From Octopus sinensis (taxonomy: Eukaryota), in contig NW_021835833.1 in assembly GCF_006345805.1 (NCBI RefSeq), positions 1-38,244 of the forward strand: a DNA stretch of 38,244 bases, read 5' to 3'. Position numbers and translations under genes: made by a program. This document shows positions 24,518 to 35,631 of the stretch, piece by piece; positions within the stretch are counted from its first letter, which is position 1; every line of letters starts with the position of its first letter. The notes below the pieces were generated by a model, which did no database searches, was not told the origin of the DNA, and saw only the letters and a list, made by a program, of their open reading frames with translations.

Positions 24518-24717
24518 TTGTTGATTTATTATGAATCATCGAATCATTTGATTAAAGTATTTTAGGCCTGACAATTACTCGCTTGAGTAATTATTACTAC
24601 CAAGGTTCTGCAAGCTATGAAACGTATGTAGTTTGGATTTTACCAACTCCATTCCCTTATTTTGTATAAGTTGGTTGAGAGATATATAGATAGATAATGC
24701 ATATGTACATTATACAT

Positions 24718-24886
24718 GGCGTAGAAGTGGATGTGTGGTAAGTAGCTTGTTTACAAACCACATGGTTCTGGGTTCAGTCCCACTGAGTGGCACCTTGGGT
24801 AAGTGTCTTCTACTATAGCCTCGGATCGACCAAAGCCTTGTGAGTGGATTTGGTAGACGGAAGCTGAAAGAAGCCCATCGTATATT

Positions 24887-24930
<44 letters not shown>

Positions 24931-25180
24931 CGTTTGTGTGTGTGTGTGTGTGTGTATGTTTGTGTGTCTGTGTTTCTTCCCCCAACATCGCTTGACAACC
25001 GATGCTGGTGTGTTTACGTCCCCGTAACGTAGCGATTCGGCAAACGATACCGATAGACTAAGTACTAGGCTTACAAAGAATAAGTCCTGGGGGGTCGATT
25101 TGCTCGACTTAAGGTAGTGCTCCAGCATGGCCACAGTCAAATGACTGAAACAAGTAAAAGAGTAAAAGAGTAAAAGAGTA
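24718..25180 (+). mobile_element. SINE family A, full length, (GTAAAAGA)n tail
   Basis: Complete head, body and tail. Confidence 0.92.
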
Positions 25181-25291
25181 TACATAAATATATAAAAACT
25201 TATATACACATACCTACCAACCTACATACCTACATACATTTATATATATATATATACATATACGTAGGGGGTAAACACAAATGGCCTTTAA

Positions 25292-25381
25292 ATTTCACTA
25301 CGGATGTTTCGGCAGAGTTTTATCTAATGCAGTCATAAAAGCTTACATTATAATATTCAGTCCGTCATCATCAGGTATAAT
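25292..25381 (-). ncRNA. Hammerhead ribozyme candidate with extended stem II
   Basis: Minus: attatac-CTGATGA-t-gacgga...taatgta..tgcatta...tctgcc-GAAA-c-atcc-g-TA-gtgaaat. Stem I 6/7 paired, GUA triplet. Confidence 0.6.
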
Positions 25382-25415
25382 GTTAAACATCCACTCAGAC
25401 ATTGAGAACATTAGA

Positions 25416-25499
<84 letters not shown>

Positions 25500-26214
25500 A
25501 CACACACACTCACACACATAGATATACAGGTAGATAAATATATATATATATCTAGGGGTATAAATATAGATATATATAAGCTAGGGGTTCGACAAAAAGT
25601 GTCATAGATAATTATCAGAATTTATAAATTTAATGTAGGGATTCGTTTGTTCGGTTATAGGCTTGTTGCCTTTAGTAGTTGGTACAGCTTGACCGATGTC
25701 CAATGAATAAAAGAAAAGTAAGATTTCTTTTGAGAAATATTTATATTTAAATAATTAAAGCACAAAAGTATTACAGTCCCTCGCTTCATGAACTGTCACT
25801 CCAACTACTTTCTTCTCGAAGAGAGGATATATGTGTCTTCGATGAGATTTGAACGCGCAAGGTAGAGCGTCGAAACTATATAAGTGTATCTCATTTAGTA
25901 AAAGCACTCTAAAATCTCTGCTGCCAATCAATCATTCGGTCTGAGCCTTTTTAAAATTATTAAACATACACATAGATAGGTCATGATAATTGAGAAACAA
26001 TTAGCAAGAAAGGAAATTGAAAGCATGAAGACGAAACAGTGAATGACAGAAATATTAAAGCCTAGAAGCACCTCTATTGCAAAGACTGCGATATCAAACC
26101 AACGAAGCACTGAAGCGACATAAACTCGCTCATTAAATGTGTGAATGGTATTGTATTCCGAGTCAGATAACAACCCAAGAATGCGTCAACTTGTCAAGTT
26201 TGGCTGTGTGTGGA

Positions 26215-26300
26215 CGTCCTTTTCACGTCACTTCCGGAACTCTCAATCAAACTGATCAAAGCGTCTACTTAAAGAATGGCGTCACTACGTCACTTTATCA
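26215..26300. promoter_or_regulatory. Cluster of CRE-half, ETS and YY1-like motifs
   Basis: ACGTCACTTCCGG 26225-26237, AAGAATGGCG ~26272-26281, second ACGTCA ~26287-26292. Confidence 0.35.
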
Positions 26301-26944
26301 TGACATCTGTCGAGTAACGCTCAAATTAACGCCTATTGAATTTGGCAACAAAAAGATTTGGAGTGTTTCGAAAAGAGGATCTAGATGGCATTTATGATCT
26401 TCATCAGAAATCTTAGATTCGAAATGATGAAATGTTAATTTCTTTAAGTTATTAGCATAAAGTTAGTCGATAACAAAAGAAGAATTTTCAGAACTGCAAG
26501 CATTCAAGAACTTTAAGACGTTCTCCTTTCCTAAACAAAAGACAGTAGTAAAATTTTCATCAATTTCTTTCTTTCGTGATTAAAAAAAAAATAACAAGAG
26601 CAAGATAAAAAAGATTAAAAAGGTAGAAAGTAATTTGAATTATATTCCATCAATATTTTCTCTTTCTCTATGCTAAGCGATCAAAATTCACTGATTTAAA
26701 ACAATGCAATAACCTATCTCACAGATCTTAGTATTAAGAATGCATCGAAAATGCATCGAACTTCACGAGGAAGAATATAAAAGAAAATTGAAAGAAAGGA
26801 GGAGAGAAAAAGAGAATGAATGAACCTTGTAAAATATTTGAAATTTAAATTTTGAATTTAAAAATTTTTTTAATTCTCTTCATTGTCATTAACAATTAAA
26901 AATAGAAATAGTCTTGATTATATTTTTGATTATGCAGACTACTA

Positions 26945-26996
26945 TTGTTGTTGTTGCTGTTTTCTTCTTCTTCTTCTTCTTCTTCTTCTTCTTCTT

Positions 26997-27076
<80 letters not shown>
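26945..27076. repeat. (CTT)n(ATT)n microsatellite
   Basis: Directly visible. Confidence 0.95.
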
Positions 27077-27077
<1 letters not shown>

Positions 27078-27395
27078 GGTACTGCAGTTGTTAGATCGTT
27101 GGATTGACGTAATCGATAGAGCGTCAAGATGAAATACTTTTGCATTATTTAGTTGCAACTCCTTGCGCTGTCAGTTCGAATTACACTGAAAATCACTTTT
27201 CATGTATCCGAGGCCGATAAAGTGTCTACCAAGTACTAAAGTCGATGGTATCGACTAACCGGCTCCGTTCACAATTGCTGAACAATTAATGTTAATGGTC
27301 TTGTCGTCGTGGCTGTCGTGGTCGTCGTTATCATTATCATCATTTCGTCCTCAACCTCTTCATTATTATTCTGATTATTATTATTTTTATTATTA

Positions 27396-27595
27396 AGGCG
27401 GCGAGCTGGCAAAATGGTTTGCATGCTCGGCAAAATGCGTAGCGGAATTTCGCCCGTCCTTACGTTCTGAGTTCAAATTCTTCTGAGGGCGACTTTGCTT
27501 TTCATCCTTTCAGGGTCGAGTGGAATACTAGGAGTTAATGTAATCGACTAGTCCTTCCTTCAAAATTTCAGGCCTTATGCCTATAACAGAATGGA
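27396..27595 (+). mobile_element. SINE family B (alternative tail aggccttatgcctataacagaa)
   Basis: ggcggcgagctggcaaaatggtt..gagttcaaattc..gactttgcttttcatcctttc. Confidence 0.85.
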
Positions 27596-27639
27596 TTATT
27601 GTAATTATTATTATTTTCTCTTTTTCACAGGTTTTCTTG

Positions 27640-28110
27640 GAGCTCCCAGAGTCTTCAAGCTTAGCGTGCGTACTACCTGCAGCCTACGGTACCATGGTGT
27701 TTGTTCTTTCCAGCTATCTAATACTTTCCTGATTATTCTGGCCATTTTAATTTGTAACAGTTCTACCAGGCATTCTATTCCAATTTCCTTTTTATTCCCC
27801 TTGATGCCTTCTGATACTGTTCCCAAAGACCCAACAATAATTGGCACTATCTTCACCTTCATTTTCTATAGCCGGGCTTTTTCGTACTTAAGAATGTTGT
27901 ATCTGTCTATCTTTTCGTCTTCCTTCTTGACTATTCGTGGCTCAAAGAGGCATGCAGCGTCAACTATATAGCACATGTGGCGCACCTTGTCCACCACCAC
28001 TAGGTCTGGCCTATACCACCTCTTGCCTCTCTCTAGCCCCCACTTTTCGCACTGTTTCCAGTGTAGCACTTTCACTACCTGATCGTATCGCCACAACTTA
28101 TGGTGGTTTG
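27640..28110 (-). mobile_element. R4/Dong-like retrotransposon 3' end, restriction-like endonuclease domain
   Basis: RYDQVVKVLHWKQCEKWG..RPDLVVVDK..CYIVDAAC..KEDEKIDRY..VKIVPIIVGSLGTV follows the RHD / RPD..D / EK..Y / P.VVG.LG motif series. Confidence 0.88.
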
Positions 28111-28164
28111 GGGCAAGTCTACGGCATTAAAATAGTATCATCATCATCATCATCATCATCATTA

Positions 28165-28650
28165 TTATAATTGAGTGACAGAGCAGTGCATACCATCAAA
28201 GTGACACTGGGGTAAAATATACGAAGCCCGGTATACCCATCATGACTACTCGTCTGATAAGGGTACACCAGGCACATGCATCACAACCATATGTGCGCGA
28301 CATGGTGATCTCATATCAAGATAAACAGCACATGACCTTGCAGGTAGGGCCCAGTTAGAATTTTCTTCTATTCGAGTAACCCATCCCGCTCAAAAGGTCC
28401 CTGAATAAGGGTTGTTTAAGGATGTTGAACGAAACACCCATGTTTCCAGAGGTGAATTATCCAAATCCCAAAGAATACCTCTCAACACATTGGTAAGGTC
28501 AAACAACTGACAAGCAAATCTGTGGTATTGAGCAGAATATTTGCTGTAGGCCATCTTTTATACCGAGACAAGCAATGTACATAATAACACTTCCAATCAG
28601 TTAAGATCAGAAGCCAATGAGAGCCACTGTCTGGTACAGCAACAGGGCAT
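28165..28650 (-). mobile_element. Probable retroposon fragment inserted in an (ATC/ATT)n tract
   Basis: ~490-bp complex sequence bracketed by (CAT)n(TAT)n on both sides, ending in (AAT)n on the minus strand. Resembles a recurrent octopus repeat from memory; family not assigned. Confidence 0.55.
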
Positions 28651-28667
28651 CATCATCATCATCATCA

Positions 28668-28747
<80 letters not shown>

Positions 28748-28870
28748 ATGGCAGAATTGTTACGCGCCGGACATAATACCTAGCGGTGTTTCGTCCGTCT
28801 TTACATTCTGAGTTCAGATGCCGCCAGGGTTGACTTTGCTGTTCATCCTTTTAGGGTCAGTCAGTAAAAT
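28748..28870 (+). mobile_element. SINE family B, degenerate
   Basis: tggcagaattgtta..tagcggtgtttcgtccgtctttacattctgagttca..gactttgctgttcatcctt. Confidence 0.8.
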
Positions 28871-28934
28871 ACATACCCCCTACCCCGAGCCTGCTAACCA
28901 TGTACCGAAATTTGTAACAATTATTATTGTGATT

Positions 28935-29185
28935 ATCCACGGACTTTTCCGCGTTAATTTTTGCCCCGGCTCCCGTTGGCTTTTATGGGTTTTTCCACCA
29001 GGAACCTTTCGAAGCGCGCGCCCCGCCCCTATTGGGAGTTTTTCATCGTTAAATATTTTCGTTGTTACACTGTTTTTTACACGGATTTTTGAAACGAACA
29101 AAAACCCTTTGTAACTTTCGTCCTGTGTTTTGTCCCTTTACGTTATAATTAATTTTTGTCAGCCCTTGTGGCCAATAAAAGAATT
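28935..29185 (+). mobile_element. Probable LINE 3'UTR end
   Basis: Ends agcccttgtggccaataaaagaa followed by ATT-like repeats; similar to the family B SINE tail. Confidence 0.5.
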
Positions 29186-29739
29186 AGTTATTGTTATGAT
29201 AATCAACAGTAACATTAATACCATCACCTCTCCTTTTTACATCCCGATTAAATAAGCTGTAATATGCAGTTTTTACAGGGTTTTCTTCTAGCTGGGTTAA
29301 CCAACGTCTCCAGCTGCTGCACATTTTAATAACGTTGGAGTAACGTATTTGAATTTTCTTTTGATCGGCAATTCATTATTTACTATAAGTTATATCTGTG
29401 TTTACATTTACCCAGCATCTATACATTGATTGCTTGTACAACAGCCTTAATGTGGCTTCTGATAACGCTACGTTCAAATTATCACGACTTTTATACATTG
29501 AATCATGAAGAATACCGAGCTTATTACTTATTATCTGATGGACTGTATTTATGTGAAAGTGTCATTCTTCTATTAAAATTTTTCTAGAAGGTTAGAGATT
29601 CATATGAACACCAGATAGCTTTTCTTCCAGCGATTGAAATTTGATGGTAAAGTATATATAGAGAGAAACTAAACAATAGTATTATGCTTCAAGTATAGTT
29701 TGTCCGTGAAGACACTATAGACTTAGGGTATTATATTCT

Positions 29740-30149
29740 GGAGCTGGCAGAATCGTTAGCACGCCGGGCGAAATGCTTAGCGGTATTTCGCCTGCCGTTA
29801 CGTTGTGAGTTCAAATTCCGCCGAGGTCGACTTTGCCTTTCATTGTTTCGGGGTCGATTAAATAAGTACCAGTTACGTACAGGGATCGATATAATCGACT
29901 TAATCCGTTTGTCTGTCCTTCTTTGTCCCCTCTGTGTTTAGCTCCTTGTGGGTAATAAAGAAATAGGTATTTCATTCGTCTTCACGTTCTGAGTTCAAAT
30001 TCCGCCGAGGTCGACTTTGCCTTTCATCCTTTCGGGGTCGATTAAATAAGTACCATTTACGTACTGGGTTTGATATAATCGACTTAATCCGTTTGTCTGT
30101 CCTTGTTTGTCCTCTCTGCATTTAGCTCCCTGTGGGTAGTAAAGAAATA
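29740..30149 (+). mobile_element. SINE family B (tRNA head, Deu/Nin-like domain), head-to-tail partial dimer with 13-bp TSD
   Basis: TSD ggtattatattct at 29727-29739 and 30150-30162. The gtcgactttgcctttcatcctttcggggtcgat..aagtacc domain resembles the Deu/Nin SINE core (from memory). Confidence 0.92.
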
Positions 30150-30162
30150 GGTATTATATTCT

Positions 30163-30370
30163 TGAGCTTAAGATCGTTATTTCGATATTCTGACCGGGCG
30201 GTGCGTTGGTCTCTTGAACAAAACTCTTCATGTCAGTTTACTTCAGCCTACTCAGCTCCAAATAAGTAACCCTGCTATGGAATGGTGTTTCATTTAGGAG
30301 AAATTTAGTGATCTCGGTTACTTATATCTCATGGAAATTACATAACTAGCCTTAAGATTCCTCGGACCCA
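30163..30370 (+). mobile_element. Old decayed SINE, probably the target of the family B insertion
   Basis: ttcgatattctgaccgggcggtgcgttggtctcttgaacaa resembles the B-box/CORE region of family C. Confidence 0.45.
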
Positions 30371-30517
30371 TAGGGTCAGTTACTATATTTTCTACTTACT
30401 ATATCTTGAGCAAGCTAATGAGGTATATTCCACGGCGATGTGGTATTTGCATCAAGAAAAGTTTAACATAGTCAACATTTTTGAAATATATTGCAGAAAT
30501 TTCGAATGTTCTGTTTT

Positions 30518-30808
30518 ATGTTAGTGACGCTAAATCCACGCGGTCGATATCGCGACGTGGTCCGTCCCGTAAATTCACGTAAAACTACGGTGCCGCCGGC
30601 GGTGGCTGCCGCCTTCACGGCACCTTCCGTTCCCCGCTCGTCTAAGCGCCGGAGCCGCCAGCGACAGGCCTGCGTCAGTCGCCCGGAGCTCCGCTGCGTT
30701 ACCATGCCTGATATCATATGAACGAACCGAAGCTCGCGGTCTCGCCCACGTACACGTGGACGTAGCTGCGATCGATGCCGGCAGTCAGTATCGCAAATGC
30801 TGTTTTTT
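30518..30808 (+). ncRNA. Candidate structured Pol III-type ncRNA (~290 nt), possibly 7SK-like
   Basis: Isolated GC/CpG-rich island; at least five hairpins; G.U pairs mostly favour the + strand; no internal T4; 3' hairpin then T6 (30803-30808); octamer ATTTGCAT 30445-30452 and TATA-like 30487-30490 upstream. Confidence 0.5.
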
Positions 30809-31453
30809 CTGCTCTTTTCATCCCGATGTTTGCATTCAAATTACTTATTCAAAAATGTACAACTACTTCGGGGTAATACTGGTCAAGCAAAAGTATGCTT
30901 TTATAGTCTTACAACGTTCGTTCCATATATAAGTTCTACTAGTATGTTAGACTTCTACAAATGCCTTAGGTTCATACTTTATCGAATGAATTTGAAGGCA
31001 ATTCCTTGTAGGAATTTTGTGGCTGCGAATGTAATCGAATAGCTACCTTTTTATCATAGTCAACAAGAGGAAGAAACGGGTGGAATTAAGAGAATAACAT
31101 CAGCCACTGACTTCCTTGATATCTTACTGGTACTGTTACTCACTCGACTCTTTCCATCCTCTCTTCTTATTTTAGACTTAGTATGTAATATGTAGTAATT
31201 TTCTCGTACTGTCCTTTGTGGAATCTAATTATGTCAGGATCCAGTAATATAAAGAGATATCTTATAATTGGCATTGCGAATGTTCCTGCTACTAAGTCTT
31301 TGACTTGTTTCCATTCCTACAGATTATTCTCGTTCAGATACCTATTTATACACAGTTTTCCAAAAATATCTGTAGAACACGAAATTTCCTAACTCATTTG
31401 TTCTCCCTTCTCTCAAGCTATTTGTTTCAATGGTCAGTCTACTCCGTTTAATC

Positions 31454-31690
31454 CCGGGGTTCTCAACCATTTTTACTTAAGCGCCCCCCTTGTTTATTAT
31501 TTTATTCTTGTGGATTCCCATAACCATTTGATGTTCAAAAGCTAGTTTTAAGGAAATTTCTTTCAAAATTCCTTTTTTTCACCCACTAACGTGTGTAGGT
31601 TGAATTGTATAAAATGTTAGAGAAAGGAACCTAGCCGTTTCTTGTAATACATACCCATAAATACATCTAAAGCAAATGTTTTCCAGTAGT
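31454..31690 (+). mobile_element. hAT/Charlie-like non-autonomous element, left end only
   Basis: ccggggttctcaacc resembles the CAGGGGTTCTCAACC terminal repeat; no right TIR found. Confidence 0.45.
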
Positions 31691-31929
31691 TTTGTTACAC
31701 CGGTCTAAGATGTGTCGGAGTCTATTTCTAGATAAGGAAACATTTGCCTCTCTCTCACTGTTAGTCTGCAGTGAATACATACCCTTTTGTTAAAGGGTAA
31801 GTCTGTCGTGTCGTATGATTTGTGGTGGGGGTTATAGAAGACAGTCTAGGGTACTACTGGTGTTAGTATCGTTGCAGTTGTTGCTGTTACGGTTGCTGGA
31901 ATTGTTGTTGCTGGTTGCTGTTGCTGTTG

Positions 31930-32301
31930 CTGTTGAGCGAAGCGGTCTTCGATCCAGAGCTCGCAGTGGGAGAAGTCCGAATCGTGGTCCTTTGCTATTC
32001 GTAAGACCCGCAGAAGAGAAAGCAGGTCAACCCCCGGCACCGAGAGCATCGACGGATGGATGAATGTGCATCAAGGCTCAGCGGTTGCGTAGGAAGTCGG
32101 GGACAAGAAACAGGAAGAAAGAGTGAGAGAAAGTTGGAGCGAAAGAGTACAACAGGGGTCGCCACACCCCATCCTGCCGGAGCCTCGTGGAGCTTTAGGT
32201 GTTTTCGCTCAATAAACACACACAACGCCCGGTCTGGGAATCGAAACCGCAATCCTCCGACCGCGAGTCCGCTGCCCTAACCACTGGGCCATTGCGCCTC
32301 C
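31930..32301 (-). mobile_element. tRNA-derived SINE family C with (CAGCAA)n tail
   Basis: Head gaggcgcaaTGGCCCAGTGGttagggcagcggactcgcggtcggaggattgcGGTTTCGATTCCc with clear A and B boxes. Confidence 0.88.
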
Positions 32302-32611
32302 ACTGATGTTGCTGGTGGGGTTTGTGGTAGTGTTCTGTTCATTGTTGTAATTGTTGTTGCTGTTATTGTTGTGGGCAGTGTTGGTGTTGGTGGCGGTGTG
32401 GATGATGCGGTTGGTAATGTAATCTGTGTGTCGGGTGTTGCGGTTATTGTTCTGATTGTCATTGTTGTTGTTTTGGCTTCGTATGTTTGTGTTATTGTTG
32501 TTATAATTGTTTGTGGGGGTGGGGGTATGTTGTGGTTATCACTGTTGTTATTGCTATTGTCACTATTGTTGTTGTCATCAACATCAACATTGATATTGCC
32601 GTTGTTGGTTT

Positions 32612-32775
32612 ATAATCCTAACCGCCATCTTATTTTTGAGAACGTTTTTTCAATCTCATATAGACAATCAAATTTTCTGACCTTCTTATATGCAGCGTAT
32701 TTCGGTGGTAACTGTAAGGCATGCATTTCATCCGTATCCAGCTGTACTGCACTGTATATTCCAGGGATTTGATTG
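32612..32775 (-). mobile_element. Penelope-like element N-terminal ORF fragment
   Basis: LDTDEMHALQLPPKYAAYKKVRKFDCLYEIEKTFSKIRW resembles the PLE N-terminal L..E...L.L.PKF...E.E....K.RW motif. Confidence 0.6.
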
Positions 32776-32789
32776 CTGTTGTCGTTGGT

Positions 32790-33050
32790 GGTAATTCCTA
32801 GATAGGTAATGATCTTGGACACCAACCACCTCTTACGACTTGTGTCATATGTCAGAAAACTTGTAAGACAGTATCTGGACTTAAAAGACATATGCTAGTT
32901 CACAAAAACATTCCTTCAGAATCAGATTCCAAAGGGCAAAGAAAGAGAAGAACTTTGAATAATATGTCACTTGTGTTTAAAACCCTGCCAGTCAGCACTG
33001 GTCTTAAAAGTCACCTAAGAGCTCATCAATGGAGTGATTGTACTGTGTGA
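32790..33050 (+). pseudogene. Two C2H2 zinc fingers, frameshifted; likely RTE-type LINE ORF2 C-terminus
   Basis: TCVICQKTCKTVSGLKRHMLVHK and, in another frame, ICHLCLKPCQSALGLKSHLRAHQ. The GL.SH.R.H ending is typical of RTE/BovB ORF2. Absent from the ORF track. Confidence 0.7.
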
Positions 33051-33124
33051 TGGGGTGTGGTGTGTGTGTGTGTTGATGGGATGGCTATCATTTCTCAAGA
33101 TGAAGTATGCATGAAGTAATCATC

Positions 33125-33167
<43 letters not shown>

Positions 33168-33419
33168 ATATATATATAATATATATATATATATTATATG
33201 TATGTATGTATGTATGTATGTGTATGTATGTATGTATGTATGCATGTATACAGAATGACACAAGAGCGCAAACACATCCGGACAACTAGATGATACAAAA
33301 AGAAAAACAAAACATCCAGATAGACGATACAAAGAAAACAAAGTTTTCTATCTTCAGTCAAGATCCAGTTTTATCCTCGCAATTTCGGTTGATTATTCTT
33401 GAATATGTATACATATATA

Positions 33420-34570
33420 TATGTTCATCAAATATTTTATTCATCAATGTAAGTACCATTAGAATCAACACATTTTTGCCTACGAGTTACAAATATGTTT
33501 ATTCCGATAACATAAAAATCTGGAGTTCTGGAGCTGATGAACCCTTTGAAAGCACTTTCAGCATTGGCTTAATTTTTGAAATCATCAAGTTGCTTGAAAA
33601 AGTGGTAGTCGGTAGGGGAAGAATCTGGGAAATAAGCTGGATGAGGAAGAACTCCGTTGCCAAGTACCCTCAACCTCTGGAGCGTCATTAGTGAAACGTG
33701 TGGTCGAGCATTGTCATGAAGAATGATTGACTCTCTTCTGTTGACCTGTCAGGAACGCAGGAGTAGCAGTGTTTCGTTCATTTTGGCAATTTCATGTCAA
33801 TGTTTCTGCAGCAATGGTTTTTTTATGGGTTTTCAGAAGTTATAGTGGATTAGTCCAGTAGTATACTAACAAACAGTCACCATAATCTTCCTTTTGAAGA
33901 TCTCGGGTTTAGGGAAGGTTTTCAATGCTTCATTCTGCTCCAATCATTGCGAAATAGGTTTTTATTATTGTACAGAATCCACTTTCCATCGCAGTCGAGA
34001 AATGGATCAGTCTGGTTACGGAGAAGAAGCGATGAGCAAATTTCATATCTGCGTATTTTCTTGTGGTACCCATTTATCGAGCTTTTTTGATTTTCCGATC
34101 GCATACAAATAGCTGGAGTGAGTTTTCTTGTTAACTTGAAGTTCTTTTGACATCTTTCTCAATGACGGTCTTTAATTGACCGTCATCAATGACAGATGGT
34201 CGTCCACTACGATCATGATCTTTAAGATTCAAGGTCTCCACTGCAAGATCATTTAAACCATCTTCGAGCTGACCACTCACTGGTCATTTCCTCGCCAAAC
34301 GTTTCGTTGATATCACGAGCAATTTTTGATATTTCCTTATTTGAAGTTGTAAAGCAAAATTGCTTGAATATCGTGCTTTGGTAGTTCCATTTCAAATGAT
34401 TGTAAGTACGGTGAAAAAAATATCAATGTTAATTTATTGATGCATTTGGGCAGATCTATGTCTGTATTATCCAACAATTGTAAAAAAAAAGAAGTGTTTA
34501 AAAAATTCAAAAATCCGGAACAAATTCTTCATGGTTCAAACCGTTGCTTGCTTTTAACTCAGCCCGATAT
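33420..34570 (-). mobile_element. Mariner (Hsmar1/cecropia-like) transposon, pseudogenised
   Basis: MELPKHDIQAILLYNFK..ARDINETFGEE..RRWFK..DRSGRPSVIDD; FLDCDGKWILYNN; LHDNARPHVS; HPAYFPDSSPTDYHFFKQLD; ..RRQKCVDSNGTY. TIR-like end near 34540-34570 plus TA. Confidence 0.92.
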
Positions 34571-35215
34571 ATATAGAAAGATTAAAGTACAAATCAAAAT
34601 CAAACCGTTTGGCATCACTTGAAAGAGACAATTAATTGAGATAGAAAACATAGATACACAGAATCTCTTACAGCTGTTTCTAGAATAGCCAAGCGTATGC
34701 ATATATACATTTATATACATATACTTACACGTATTTGCATATATGTGCGTGTGCGTGCCTCTGTGTGTGTGTGTATTAAATTGTATAGAATTTACATGTA
34801 AGCGTATAGATAACTGCAAACAAGTGATTGGACGATAGTTACACGTGTCACATGCAGGTCTTCCTTGGGGATACTTGTTATCCTGCTTATAAAGAAGCCA
34901 TTTAATCATCTGAACAGTTTATTTGAAATGTGTCGAAAATTAACACTACCTAACTTGGAAGTGCCATCAGTATGTCAAACGACAACCAGCGGTAATTGTG
35001 AATGCTTTCAATACTAAGACCTTTCTAGTTTCAGAAAAGTGTTTAAAGTAAGATTTTAAATCAGATATTGTATAGCTTTGTAGTAATGGTTTTTCTAATT
35101 TCTATTTTAATTAGTAATCAATTTCTTTTTATATTTAGTTTCGTTTTTAAAAATGGATTTCAATGATGTTTTCTGTTTTGTGTGTATTTTTATCGAATTA
35201 TATGTTATTACCGTA

Positions 35216-35631
35216 AGGTGGCGAGCTGGCAGAAACGTTAGCACGCCGGGCGAAATGCGTAGCCGTATTTCGTCTGCCGTTACATTCTGAGTTCAAATTC
35301 CGCCGAGGTCGACTTTGCCTTTCATCCTTTCGGAGTCGATAAATAAAGAACCAGTTTCGCACTGAGGTCGATGTAATCGACTTAATCCCTTTGTCTGTCC
35401 TTGTTTGTCTCCTCTGTGTTTAGCCCCTTGTGTGTAATAAAGAAATAGGTATTTCGTCTGCCGATACGTTCTGAGTTCAAATTCCTCCGAGGTCGACTTT
35501 GCCATTCATCCTTTCGGGGTCGATAAATAAAGTATCAGTTACGCACTGGGGTTGATGTAATTGACTTAATCCGTTTGTCTGTCCTTGTTTGTCCCCTCTA
35601 TGTTTAGCCCGTTGTGTGCAATAAAGAAATA
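35216..35631 (+). mobile_element. SINE family B partial dimer with 17-bp TSD
   Basis: TSD tatatgtt(a/g)ttaccgta at 35199-35215 and 35632-35648. Confidence 0.92.

Noticed and set aside
26355-26412. Minus-strand CTGATGA...GAAAcacTC
   Set aside because: Stem III cannot form and stem II does not close at the core.
30472-30721. Overlapping 76-81-aa ORFs in the GC island
   Set aside because: Open on both strands because of GC content; no motif or splice context. RNA structure explains the island better.
32215-32301. tRNA-like sequence
   Set aside because: It is the head of a SINE and continues into body and tail; no closed acceptor stem.
33255-33405. PLE-like repeat fragment with CTGAAGA on the minus strand
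   Set aside because: No downstream GAAA/UH half in this copy, so it cannot be called a ribozyme.
33534-33562. CTGATGA-acccttt-GAAA hammerhead-like string
   Set aside because: Lies antisense within mariner transposase coding sequence and lacks proper stems II and III; coincidental.
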